From positions 19,964,001 to 20,028,000 of the forward strand of contig OZ231126.1 in assembly GCA_965153355.1 (NCBI GenBank): DNA of 64,000 nucleotides. Reading direction: 5' to 3'. Below the pieces are notes generated by a model. The model worked only from the letters and a program-made list of their open reading frames with translations. It did not search any database and was not told the DNA's origin. This document shows, in pieces, positions 1 through 35,255 of this stretch. A program made the position numbers and the translations under genes. The number at the start of each line of letters is the position of its first letter. Positions within the stretch are counted from its first letter, which is position 1. Source of the DNA: Flaccisagitta enflata. Lineage: Eukaryota.

Positions 1-530
1 CGTACGTCCGTCCGTCCGTACGTACGTCCCCCCCCCCGAGGCCCCTCTCAGACCCCAAATCAGCCCTCTCAAGCCCAAAATCAGCCCTCTCAAGCCCAAA
101 ATCAGCCCTCTCAGGCCCAAAATCAGCCCTCTCAGACCCAAAATCAGCCCTCTCAGGCCCAAAATCAGCTCTTTCAGCTCCAAAATTAGCTCCAAAATTA
201 GCCCCAAATCAGCCCTCTCAAGCCCAAAATCAGCCCTCTCAAGCCCAAAATCAGCCCTTTCAGGCCCAAAATCAGTCCTCTCAGGCCCAAAATCAGCCCT
301 TTCAGCTCCGAAATTAGCTCTCTAATACCCTAAATCAGCCTTGTCAGGCTCAAAATCAAGCATGTCAGCCCTTTAATGTGCCTTCTCAGGACGTCTGGAA
401 ATTCACCCCTGTGTCCTACAGGACATCGGCCCTTTGGGGCCGCTGCCCTGCTCTCACTCCACTTCTTCAGTTGATCACTCCTAGCAGGGCATCGGGTACC
501 GCTGACCATGTGCAATCCTTGGATGACTAG
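1..530 (+). mobile_element. Family B element, truncated by the window edge, with a 21-bp minisatellite (CAGCCCTCTCAGGCCCAAAAT)
   Basis: Shares CCCCTGTGT..TACAGGAC..CG.CCCTT.GGGGCCGCTGCCCTGCT and the downstream block with 40890-41031. Confidence 0.68.
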
Positions 531-1065
531 TTCTTCTTCTTCTTCTTCTTCTTCTTCTTCTTCTTCTTCTTCTTCTTCTTCTTCTTCTTCTTCTTCTTCT
601 TCTTCTTCTTCTTGTACTTTTTCTTCTCTTCATCTTCTCCTTCTTCTCCTCCTCCCTCTTCATGTGATGTGGTCATTATGTGAGGGAAACCCATTTTTGA
701 TGACTCTCTTTATTGAGGTACTGTGACATTTTTATGGAGAAAATGGTGAGGGTGATATTTGTAGAGATGTGCCCATGCGCGTGGGGGAAAGTTGGGGTTA
801 ATGACATGATCTCTGAAGATATAGTCTTATAGATTATAAATAATCATGTCAAATCATTATTGTATTGTTGTTATTGTATTACAACAGAATGGGTTGATAC
901 AGGAAATGGATGCTAGTTATTTCATGATCATGCAAACCAATTGTATTGGGTATAGAGTTTTCCTTCCATCTATCTGTTAACCTTCTGTGTGTATTTCTCC
1001 CTGTCTTTTTTCTTTCTTTCCTTCTTTCTTTCTATTTTCTCCCTTTCTTATTTGCTTTCCTCTTC

Positions 1066-1143
<78 letters not shown>

Positions 1144-1858
1144 GGGTTTTTACTCGACCTCCTCCTACGCGCGCCCGCGGGTTTCTTCACCAAAAGTGTC
1201 TCCCGGGACTCAAATCTACAAACGCCTTCAACAATTTTTACGCAAACCTTTGACTACGAGTTTTGAGTACGAGGCGCTCAAAAACTTTTTTTCCAGCGTG
1301 CATACGGTTTGAACAGACTCACAAACGCACCCATTGCAATGTTCAGAAATGAAAATAGAGGAATGAATTGTTTGCTTAGGTTTGGAACTTTTGATATTAT
1401 TTCAACAATTACTCTTCATAAACTACTGGCTTAGATAGCGCTGGGAGATACAAACCATCTGTCAAACACGTATTCTACTACACAAGCTACATCCGCTGTA
1501 CAAGGATATATCTCGTAATTCCACGTGTACCACCCATCCCAAATTAAGAGCTTACAAATTTTAACAATGAGAGTGAAAAAAAGGAAAATGTGAAGGACAT
1601 GGGTGATGGCGGAGGGGGCTAAAGCTTCAAAATGAGAGGCGGTAATGGCAATGGCAATGGCAGCAACAGCAACAGTAACAGCAAAGGCTGTTGGCGTAAC
1701 CCTTTCGTTCCGGGGCGCCAAGAATCTGAGTCCGTCTTAAAACGCCGAATTATGATGTTGCCCAGAAATTTTTAAAGGTTTCCTCATGCAAATGGGAAAA
1801 GTGATTTTCTAAAGCGAGAGCGCCCGAGATTTTTTGGGGGGCAAAAACCCGCGCTGCC

Positions 1859-1997
<139 letters not shown>

Positions 1998-2262
1998 GCC
2001 TTTAACTACGTATTATCCTCGCGCTCACGCGTCTGGGTTGAATTTTGTTCTGAAAATTCGTGGAATAAATGAGGTGCGAACTTGACTTTTTTTTTCGTGT
2101 TTATTGAGTCATTCGGAACAAAAACTCGGGGAAGTTTTTTGATAATCATTTCTTTTCCATACATTGATTTTTATTCTCTGCAATTTCTGTTTTACTTTTT
2201 TTTCCTCTCTGTCCTTTCATCTTCTTCTTTTTTTCTTTTTTTGCTTCCTGCCTCCCTTTCTA

Positions 2263-2825
2263 CAGTAGATCTCGTCTAGACTTGAGATAACGGGGGCAAG
2301 CATTGTAGAAAAACAAATAAAGCCAAGGGAGTGATATTTGAAACATAGACTTATAAAGGGATGCTTTTTTGCCCATGATAGCTGGTTGCCATGGAAACAC
2401 ATTTCCATGTATTCAGGCTAAAGTATCAATATTTTGAGAAATTTTTTGAGGGAACATTTTTTAAAATTAAATTTGCTAAAACTTTCCCACAGTATGTTCT
2501 GTAAGAATGTAACTCGTTTAGCGGTTGCTAAGGGTTGTCACACATAAATACGCTCCCTAGCAACGGCCAAACGAGCGACATTCTCACAGAACATACTTTG
2601 GGAAAGTTGTAGCAAATTTGATTTTAAGCAATGTTCCTTAAAAAAATCTCTCAAAATATTGATATTTTAGCGAGAATACATGGAAATGTGTTTCCATGGC
2701 AACCAGTTATCATGGGGAATTAAGCATCCTTTGATTAGTCTATAATCTAAACATTGCTCCCCTGGCTTTATTCGTCTTTGCACAGTGCTTGCCCCCGTTA
2801 TCTCAAGTCTAGACAAGATCTACTG
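2263..2825. mobile_element. Palindromic MITE, Tc1/mariner-like
   Basis: TA|CAGTAGATCT...AGATCTACTG|TA; the imperfect inverted arms span almost the whole 563 bp. Confidence 0.88.
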
Positions 2826-2968
2826 TACCTTTCTTCCTGTCTTCCTTTCTTCATTCACTCCTCCCTTCCTTCCTTCTTTTCCACCTTCTTTTCTACCTTC
2901 CTTCCTTCCGCTCATTCTATCTCTCTTTCTCCCTTCCTTCCTTTCTTCATTTCTTTCTTTCTTTCTAC

Positions 2969-3035
<67 letters not shown>

Positions 3036-3071
3036 TCCTTCTTTCTTTCTTTCATTCTTTTTTTCTTTTTT

Positions 3072-3139
<68 letters not shown>

Positions 3140-3271
3140 ACTTTTTTATCTTTTCTATCTTTTCTATCTTTCTTTCATTCTTTCTTTCTTTCTATCTTTT
3201 TATCTTTCTATCTTTTCGTTCTTTCTGTCTTTCTGTATTTCTTTCTTTCTTTCTTTCTTTCTTTCTGTATT

Positions 3272-3343
<72 letters not shown>

Positions 3344-4094
3344 TGTTCCTTTCTTTCCCAATGTTCTTTCATTTCTGATCGCCTTCCATGAATTTCCATC
3401 TAGTCTTGTCTGCAAGATGGAATTCATTGGTCCAATTCATTCCAAGGTTGTTTCCGTCGAATTTCTTCCTCATTTTCAATGGAAAAGAGAATTTCTTTGT
3501 TGTCTGAGTTGATTTTTGTTGTTGTCGTTGTTGTTGTATCTGCTATCGTTGTTGTTGTTGTTGTTTCCTCTATTTTTTCATGTGACCTTCGCCTCTGCCA
3601 TTTTTTTCCCATACATTAACTCCCAAAATTTCCTGGTGAAGTTTTAGCTTGTGTTCCAATAGCTAAGTTCTTGTTGCCTGTGAAAATTGCTGGGATCTGA
3701 ATTCATGCAGTTGTGCGTGTGATCTTTTGTGTGTGTGTGTTCATGTTTATGCTCAGTGTATCCCCTTAATCTACAACTGACAAGAACACGAAAGAATACC
3801 CATTTTTTTCGGTTTGATGATCGCCAATTTTGGCATTTTTTTATCACCATGAAAAGATTCTTTCTCGCGTCTGGCTATCTATCTTTTTCTTTTTTTTCCT
3901 TTTATTTCGATTCATTTTCAAAAAAGGGCGTCAAACATCAAAGATGGCGCTCAAAATGGCGACCGCAATTTAGGAAAAGAAAAAAAGCGCATCTCTCGAA
4001 AAAAAAACTTTTTTTTTGAAGGAGAGGCGCATCTTTTTCTTACGAATGTTTTGATGGGAAGCGATTAGTGATTTCAGTCTCATGAGAGACAGTT

Positions 4095-4221
<127 letters not shown>

Positions 4222-4263
4222 CGTCCTGGGATGATGACTTCGTGAAAGATGTCACTACGATGA

Positions 4264-4372
<109 letters not shown>

Positions 4373-4895
4373 CATCTGAAAAGGGGAAAAAAAAAGCGAA
4401 ACCTAATAACATCTCGTTTCCATTCATATCTGAGGGATCCGTCTTCAACTGTATTTCATCATGGGACCTCTTAATTTGCATATTTTAGTCAATAGAAGCA
4501 AAAGATGTTTGAAGAGCTCAAGCTCATTAGACGTACAGAGAGAGATAAAGAGAAAGAGAGAGAGGACGAAAAGGAATGGAAAGAAAAAAAAAGATGAAGA
4601 TAGGCGCAGAGATATTAGAAGAAAGAGAGACAGAGAAATGAAGATTCCAAATGTCACATTCGGAAAAACCGCACGCACAAAAAAGGAGAAACAGGTTCTC
4701 TTACTAAAGAGAGGAAAAGACAGAAAGAAAAAAAATGCTCACGAGGAACTCAAATGAGTTTTGATTGTGATGTGAAGAGCTTAGAACCGGATGAAAGTTG
4801 AAAACATGAAAAGCGAAATGGCAGCAGCGGGAAAATGGGTAGTTGCAAAGAGATGGGGGAGAGCTCGAGAGTGGGAAGATCAGTGGACAAATCGA

Positions 4896-4902
4896 AAAAG
4901 AA

Positions 4903-4937
<35 letters not shown>

Positions 4938-5430
4938 AGAAGAAGAAGAAGAAGAAGAAGAAGAAGAAGAAGAAGAAGAAGAAGAAGAAGAAGAAGAAGA
5001 AGAAGAAGAAGAAGAAGAAGAAGAAGAAGAAGAAGAAGAAGAAGAAGAAGAAGAAGAAGAAGAAGAAGAAGAAGAAGAAGAAGAAGAAGAAGAAGAAGAA
5101 GAAGCAGAAGAAGTAGAAGAAGAAGAAGAAGAAGAAGAATATAGAAAAAGAAGAAGAAGAAGAAAAAGAAAAAGAAAAAGAAAGAGAAAAAGAAAAAGAA
5201 AGAGAAAAAGAAAAAGAAGAAGAAGAAGAAGAAGTAGAAGAAGAAGAAGAAGAAGAAGAAGAAGAAGAAGAAGAAGAAGAAGAAGAAGAAGAAGAAGAAT
5301 AAAGAAAAAGAAAAAGAAAAAGAAATAGAAAAAGAAAAAGAAAAAGAAAAAGAAAAAGAAAAAGAAAAGAAGAAGAAGAAGAAGAAGAAGAAGTAGAAGT
5401 AGAAGTAGAAGTAGAAGAAGAAGAAGAAGA
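4896..5430. repeat. Long (GAA)n microsatellite, representative of dozens of (GA/CT), (CTTT), (GTT), (GAT), (CA) and (TGTAT) tracts
   Basis: Directly visible; such tracts are dense in 500-30630 and 58390-62950. Confidence 0.97.
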
Positions 5431-5574
5431 CACTGGATTAGGCGTTTGAATGTTTGCTTTTCATGTGAAATTCCTTTCGGATTTTAACCATCAACTTTTC
5501 ACGCAAAGCCGGCAATGACGCAAAAATATACAAATCGAGTCCAACCGCGCGGGTGATGCGGTGGCTTGCCGAAA

Positions 5575-6020
5575 GGAGAGGGGAGAGTGAAGGGGCCCGC
5601 GATGGTAACGGGTTGGTCTATTAAAGGGAGAGGGAGAGAGGAGAGGCCAGCGATGGTAACAAGGTGGTCTATCAAAGGGAGAGGGAAGGGTCCCGGTAAT
5701 GGGTTGGTCTGTTGAAGGAAGAGGGGAGAGATCTGTGATGGCCTATGGAAGGGAGAGGGAGAGAGGAGAGGCCCGCGATAGTAACAAGGTGGTCTATAAA
5801 AGGGAAGGGGAGAGGCCCGCGATGGTAACGGATTGGTCTATTGAAGGGAGAGGGAGAGAGTACAGGCCCGCGATGGTAACATGGTGGTCTATTACAGGGA
5901 GAGGGAAGGAGCGATGGTAACGGGTTGGTCTATCGAAGGGAGAGGGAGAGAGGAGAGGCCCGCGATGGTAACAAGGTGGTCTATTAAAGGGAGAGGGAAG
6001 GGGCCCGCAATGGTAACGGG
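5575..6020. repeat. ~45-55-bp degenerate minisatellite (GGCCCGCGATGGTAAC..GTGGTCTAT..AAGGGAGAGGG)
   Basis: About 9 degenerate tandem units. Confidence 0.85.
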
Positions 6021-6054
6021 GCTAAATGGAAAAGTAGGAATAATGCGCAAAGTA

Positions 6055-6275
6055 CTATCTTGCTAATAAATATATCACCATCTCAAAAGAAGTATCAACT
6101 TTGGAAGAGTGTTGCTCCTAAAGCTACAACAATCAGATTGGTCTCATTTCTAATATTTGTTTTAACTCATTGAATTGCGACCAATCTGGTAATTATGACT
6201 TTATTTGTATAGGAGCATCACTCTTCCAAAATTAGGACTTTTTTTCAGATGTTGATATACTTATTAGCAAGATAG
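6055..6275. mobile_element. Small palindromic MITE with TA TSD
   Basis: TA|CTATCTTGCTAATAA ... TTATTAGCAAGATAG|TA, with further internal inverted blocks (TTTGGAAGAGTG/CACTCTTCCAAA). Confidence 0.8.
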
Positions 6276-8047
6276 TAACTAGTCAGTGAGGGCTCACAAG
6301 GCCCTCTTCCATATTTCTTCAGTTTGGGTGTGGTGAGGGATATTGTTCCACTTTTCATACAGTCAAAGCAATAAAACTCTCATGAACTTAGAATAAGCTG
6401 AATGTAGAATTAAGGACGCACTTACTCAAACCTAATTATTGGAGAAATTAGAGACAATTTCAACGGTTTTCGCAGAGGTAATCTTAGCCATAAGAGGATG
6501 TGTAACTCAGTGAAGGCAAGGGGGATGGAGGGAGGTGGGTTAGACTCGCTGCTTAGGCGAGGACTGCTGAGGGCTTTCGAAAGAGAATTAGAAATGAATG
6601 AAAAGGGAACGCGATTATATTCAGCCTTGGAGATTCGCATGAACGAGTTTCATTGACTCATACAGCGTAGAATAGGAGGGACTGACGGAGCCGTTTGACC
6701 AGAGAGGATGGATGGATGAATAGATGGATGGATGGGTGGTGGATGGATGGATGGATGGATGGATGGATGGAAAGATGGATGGATGGGTGGGTGGAAGAGA
6801 CAGACCGATAAAATGAATAGCTGCCAGACGGACAAGTCACAGAGCGGAGGGACAGAAGAACAGATAGACCGACCGACTACGATACGGTACTCCGAGGACG
6901 AAGAGGGAATGTTCCTCGCTGTCCAGCCTCCTGGCATGGAATTTCTTTGTCTCAATGATTATCCGCGCGAGTATTGTTTAAAGCCGATGCTGCGGTGACG
7001 ATCACGCGTCCCTTGATTATCGGCGGAGTGAGGGAGGGAGGTGTCTTCATACTGTCGTGGAATATACAATACAGTTAAGTTTCATGTGCATTCAGGGAAA
7101 GTTTTGTTCATATCTATACGCAATTCACAGAGTTAGCATGGAATGAATAAACAAGGCTGAACATCGTTGAGGTAATTTGAAATCGTTCGCGCACAAACTG
7201 GTAAAAGTTACAAAAGACTACTTTACCACAAGGAGTAATGAAATCTAATAAGGGTAATATTGTTTCACACGTACGCCAGACGGGGCGGAGTACTGCCAAT
7301 TCTCTGCGATCAGCCCCTTTGGTCCCACTTTTACTTTTCTAATATCACCGTCACGAGACCGATGTGATGAACTAACATTATCTAACATCTCTCAACTGGA
7401 CGCTTCGGGATTACGGCGGGATGTTGTTTCACGTAGTTGATGGCTTGGGTTGGCATAAACAGTTCGTTCATTTTATCATCATAATTAAAGCAATTACAGG
7501 TGTCGGAAAGTGCGAAGCCAGAGGTATGAGATGTTTATTTCCAATGGGTTTAGCGAGATTGGGTTTATCCTGCAGGCAAACGTAGACCAGTACGTGAATG
7601 GTTGTATTTCCTCACGAGGGGATATTTTTTTCTGTGCATGATCCGCGAGAGTAAACACGTTTTAAAGACTCGTATAAAGTTTGAAAACGCCATCGTCATC
7701 ATCGTCGTCGTTTCCCGTCTCCGCGTTGTTTTTTTTATCGCCTACGTCGTCGTCACCGTCATACTTCCATTTGTTGTTTATGGCGCGATCATGGTCCAAT
7801 AGACAAAGTCATTAGAGCCTGATTTTCTCCGCCGGTCTGCCGGTCCGTCGGTCCGTCGGTCCGCCGGTTATGTCACTATTTCTATCCTAACCGCCCTTCC
7901 CGTCGGTATGTCGGTTCGTCGGTGTCATTGTCGGTTATTTTGTTTCACGGATTTGACAGCCGGTTTTTTCCGTGTCCTCTTTGCCGAACCTCTCTCTATT
8001 CATGCGAGGCCAATAAGGTGGAAAAAACAGCTCGGAACCCTCACTCC

Positions 8048-8127
<80 letters not shown>

Positions 8128-8531
8128 CCATATCGGTGTTTAATGGGTGTATGTTTGACGGTCTGTTTGATTAGGAACAAAAACAATTTGTGTTCGTTTA
8201 TTTTGTTTCTGTCTCTCCGAAGGTGTTTATCCGTGTGCAAAATCATCTCCATGGTTGGTTCATAACTCGATCGCAAATTAATTCAAATGGATTTGAATGA
8301 AGATTGATTATGGCAAAAAAATGTTGCCACCTAACAGTATTCTTGTTTCCATTGATCAATGTGTTTTGGACGACGCATACGGAATATACAATGGTTTTCT
8401 CAAAGCTTCGACTTGATTTTAAATACTCATCACAAACTGTTATGGCATTCAAAACTACCTCGATCTAAACTGGTCAAGAAAGTTTGCATCTCGATAACTG
8501 TTCCTCGGGTGAAAAATGCGCAGCAGTGAAC

Positions 8532-8745
8532 GATCCTCGGGTGACAAATGTCCATCTGTGACCGATCCTCGGATGACAAATGTCCATCTGTGACCGATCC
8601 TCGGGTGACAAATGTCCATCAGTGATCGATCTTCGGGTGACAAATGTCCATCTGTGACCGATCCTTGGGTGACAAATGTCCATCTGTGTCCGATCCTCGG
8701 GTGACAAATGTCCATCAGTGACCGATCCTTGGGTGACAAATGCTT
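8532..8745. repeat. 32-bp minisatellite (GATCCTCGGGTGACAAATGTCCATCTGTGACC), ~6.5 copies
   Basis: Tandem array. Confidence 0.92.
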
Positions 8746-9408
8746 CGGTGACAGTAACGATTCGCGGAAAAGCCCATTCGTACCCATTTTAAACTCGTTC
8801 AAACCCATTTTGAACCCATCGGTGGCTGTTTGAGGGGTGGCAAAAGACGACATAAAAAGGTTGAGATAAGGAAGGAAGAAAACAAGTCTAAGAGAGACAA
8901 ACGACCGCTGGTAATGGCCAGAGGGAAAGAAAAGGGAAAAAAAGACGGAAAAGGAAATAAAAAGAAGAAGAATAGAGGATGATGCACAAAGGTGGCTTTA
9001 TTTGATGAAAGAAGCGCACTAACAGACTCACTAACTGACGCTATCTTAAGCTTACCTGACCTTGCGCCACTCTACATGGGTTAAAATGAGTGGCGTCAAA
9101 ATTATTTGCGTAACCGTGCTCGCTTCGTTCACTCCCCTTAGATATCGGAGAACTTACCCCTTTGTAGTTATCGTTTTTTCCACCAGCCTTCTTAGCCTTC
9201 CCTTCCAACTTCGCCTCTCTCGTTGCGTTGCCCCTTCTTCTTTTCTGGTTTGTTTCATTTCTCTTCCTTCTTTTCCTGTTTTTCTTTTTTCGTTGTCTGG
9301 TCCCTCGTTGACGACTATCCCTAACGGCGTTAACGGTAATGTCCGTCGTTGACTCCGAGCAACCCTTCCGTGAGTTAAGAGGAAGACTGAAACTGTGTGC
9401 GCGTCTCT

Positions 9409-9468
<60 letters not shown>

Positions 9469-10112
9469 CACATTCGTTAGTGACGCCACTATCGGCGCCA
9501 TGATGTCATCATCACTGGCGTTCTGCCGAGGCCGCTCGCTCGTTCCCCCGTTTGCCGATGCACTGCCCGCCGATCGTTTCCACTCCTTAAGGCGAGTTAG
9601 ATTGTCGGTCTCGAGTTAGTTTTATCGAGAGGAAAGTGTTCTTTTAACAAGGGACAGAGGTCAATCTAGTGATTGGCATTAAACAACGAAAAGAATGTTT
9701 CTTCCCGTTAAAGTTCAAACGGCGGACACACATCTTGAACAAATGGTTACTTTTGTTTCACTAGAGGAGGGGCAATGGTGAGTGGAGTAGTAAGCTACAA
9801 CGTTAGCACCGAACCGAGACGTTACTACCGTGTTGGAGCTCCGTGGTTTCAGCGTCGTGGTGGCAGCATCGGAAACATGACGCCTTGGTGTATCACTAAA
9901 GTGAGAAACAAATGCAATGACAGGAGACAAACCGTTGAATCAATTACGGCCATACATCGTAGTCGTCGTCGTCGGCCCCGTCGTCATCGTTGTCGTCGTC
10001 GTCGTCGATTGTTCGAAAATCCACGTCCCTTTGCTTGACTTAAACGGACATTTTGAAAATGGCCCATTACATATATGGGCGTATTTATCGCCTAAAACTC
10101 TCCGCAAAGAAT

Positions 10113-10257
<145 letters not shown>

Positions 10258-10423
10258 GCCCACCGACATGTGATAGCCATAAACAAAAACCCCTCGCACA
10301 GAGAGAGATGGAAATAAGAAATATTCATAAAAACCCGAATCTGAATCGGTTTTATAGCTTCACATTTTATACATTTCCATGTTTTCATTGTGATTCCGCG
10401 ACAATCTGGACTCATAATTTACG

Positions 10424-10495
<72 letters not shown>

Positions 10496-10500
10496 CACAG

Positions 10501-32438
<21,938 letters not shown>

Positions 32439-35232
32439 CGCCTAACCCCGAACGAAAGAAAGCGGCACAACCAAGAGTAAAGAATAGATAAACCGCTTGG
32501 TACAAAAGTTAAATTTTTTTGATTACCTACCACCTTTAATACCTACCCACCAATCATCTCATTTAAACCCATCAAAACAAAAATTGACACGCCAAGAGGG
32601 AGATACTTATGCGCCTCGTACGCTCAGATACCCACTGCTACCATTCGTTCCTACCGTGTCACACTGTCACAGCCGTGATGCTCCCCGATGCTTTTCTAAT
32701 CCCAGTGTTATCCTCATGTCCCCGCGTCCCGATACTGTTTCACACCCTATGTTACCCTCATGTGTCCCAATGCTGTTTCCATCTCAACGCTGTCCTCAAA
32801 GTCCTCACGCCCTCGACTCCCCGATGCTGTTTCAATTTCAAGGCTGTCCTCACGCCTCCGACCGATGTTGTTTCAATCCCCCCCCTCCCCCCACATCTCC
32901 AAATCTCAACCCACAATCTAAAATTCATTTTTACGAACACAACGAACATGGAAGTGTACGAAACGCCCAGATGATAGAATACTTTGAATATCAATTTATC
33001 AATTCCTGGAATTCGTTTCACGATTATTCTCCTAACATTTATTAACAACACCGACAATGTATCCCTTTCTTTTTCTCCCCATCCTCTTGTTTTAAGAAGT
33101 CTTTTGTCTTTCTTCCCGAAACATAACTCTCCCATCGTTTCCGCTTAGACTGTGGCTCAAAATTGATTGAATGATTTCGTGATTTATTTCTTTTGGCATT
33201 GGTTGTAATAACTTCGAAATAACTCTTTATCAGTATTGACATATTATTCCGACAGAGTTGCCAACGATTTAAATTGGTAACAGCTATGGCTAGACATAAA
33301 TGTCACCATCGGCTAGAAAAGCGTTCTCGTTGCACGTGGCTCCGGTATGGCCGTTCTCTATAACAGAAGCATTTAGGATTTCTCCAAACAACAGCCGAAT
33401 GTCTATAAATGCAGATATTCAAGTAAGAATTTTGCTCTTTTACGCTTATGAATATCATGAATTATGAAAACTGAATGGCTTACATCATCTTTTGCTGTCA
33501 AATAAACTCATTAACTCACTCAAGTGGCTAGAGCCAGAGTCACGCGCAATTAGTATTGTAAATTTAGTCTTAATGAGCTACACATGGTGTGTTGGTGGTT
33601 TATTCTTCAATCATTATCTGGCGTTCGCCGTACAGCTGTCGGCCCCCTTTCTTACCCTTGATTGGCCTGAGGGGACGCGTATATCTGACCTGTACCTGAC
33701 TTACAGGAATAATGGCATGCTTTACCAAAAAACAACCAGTATTATTGAAATTACTTTCCTTCGAGAGATTTACTTTTCTTATTATCATTTCCTTGGTGTA
33801 CTTGTTCTAAGCTCGATGGTGGTTATTGGTGATTATTTTCTCCCTTCGTTTACTGATAAAATAAAAATGTACTAAGACGATAAAATCAAATAGGTTTCTA
33901 TTTCTTTCACATGCGGAAATAGCAGTACAAATAACAAATATATACGTTTCTGGCTAGAAAAACAAAGAATCAAGGTATTCAAACGAAGAGCGGGGAAAAA
34001 AACATGTGCATTGGATATTTAACCAAAAACAGACAGCAACACTTGATAAGAATGGAGAAATAAATGGATAGACCAGCAGGGACCACCAAATCCCATTCTA
34101 ATGGGAAATAACTCCCTATTGACACATTGTCCCTCTCAATGGATGGATGAAGGGTTGGACAGATGAAGGGATAAATGTACAAAACTGATGAATAGACATA
34201 TGAATGAATAGACGAATGAATGAATAGACGAAAGAATGAATAAATGAAATATTGAATGTGTGGACAATGAGAGAGGATCGTACAAACTATTTGAAAACCC
34301 CTTCAAGAGATGAGGTTAACTGAAACACATATCACATCACGTGACTAACTCGGGCGTCACATCGTATCAACGCGGGGTTGCAATCTTGAGCGTCACGCGA
34401 CAACTAACTGTTGAGTGTCAGACGACTTCATCCTTTACGTCCCAAAATCCATCCCAAAAGGAGACCGGCGGTGGTTGAGTGAAGGGCACCTTCTCAGGGG
34501 GAATTGGGTTCTCTACGCGCGATAACAAATTTGTTTTGTTGATGGCAGTGAAATTGGAAACGATTCCAAATGACAAATCGTGATAAACAAGTGGGAGGAG
34601 GGGCAGGTGGAAAGAACGACGCGGGAACCGATTCGATATGAAGGGTGATAATAAGATTATTCCTTTTTCCGGCGATTGCGTGAATTAAAAAATGCCCGAT
34701 GGGGTTCACCGCGGACAGGTTTATATGGTTGACCAGTCAGTGGACAAAACATTATGGTCTTTATGACAATCGAATGAGTACAAATCGGCTTGAATTTTTA
34801 ACTTTAAACATGATAAAGATCAATTATCTGAGATGTAATCCTAATATATTTGTAAACCAAGAATCGCCCATTATATTTTGCACTACGCAATGACCAAATA
34901 ATAAAAATTTCACAAAGAAGTATAACCATTGTCCACCGTCTGATCTTGAATGTAAGTAAGATAAGCTACTGATAAAGGTCCACGATCAATCAGAAATCAT
35001 GTCCTAAAGGCGAAACCCTAATTTCATCATTGATATATGAGTGTACACCAAATGATTTTACATCGATCCGACTAAAAAGCGGTAGCAATCAAATGCAGGA
35101 CTTATTACAAGTGGATTTGAGTGATTGAGTAATGCGCTACACCCAAGGTGGGGAAAAGGGAGAACACATTGACGTTAAATGAGCAGAAATGACAGCGATT
35201 ACGAGTGCCCCAGGGCCTGTTTGGATCATCGA

Positions 35233-35255
35233 TCAGACTGTAGTCAATCGCATCT
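35233..35255 (-). CDS. Glp: Aquaglyceroporin probable last coding exon (EMRLTTV*)
   Basis: Very strong polypyrimidine tract plus tttacag; phase 1 matches the exon 5 donor. An alternative candidate lies at 37683-37658. Confidence 0.6.
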
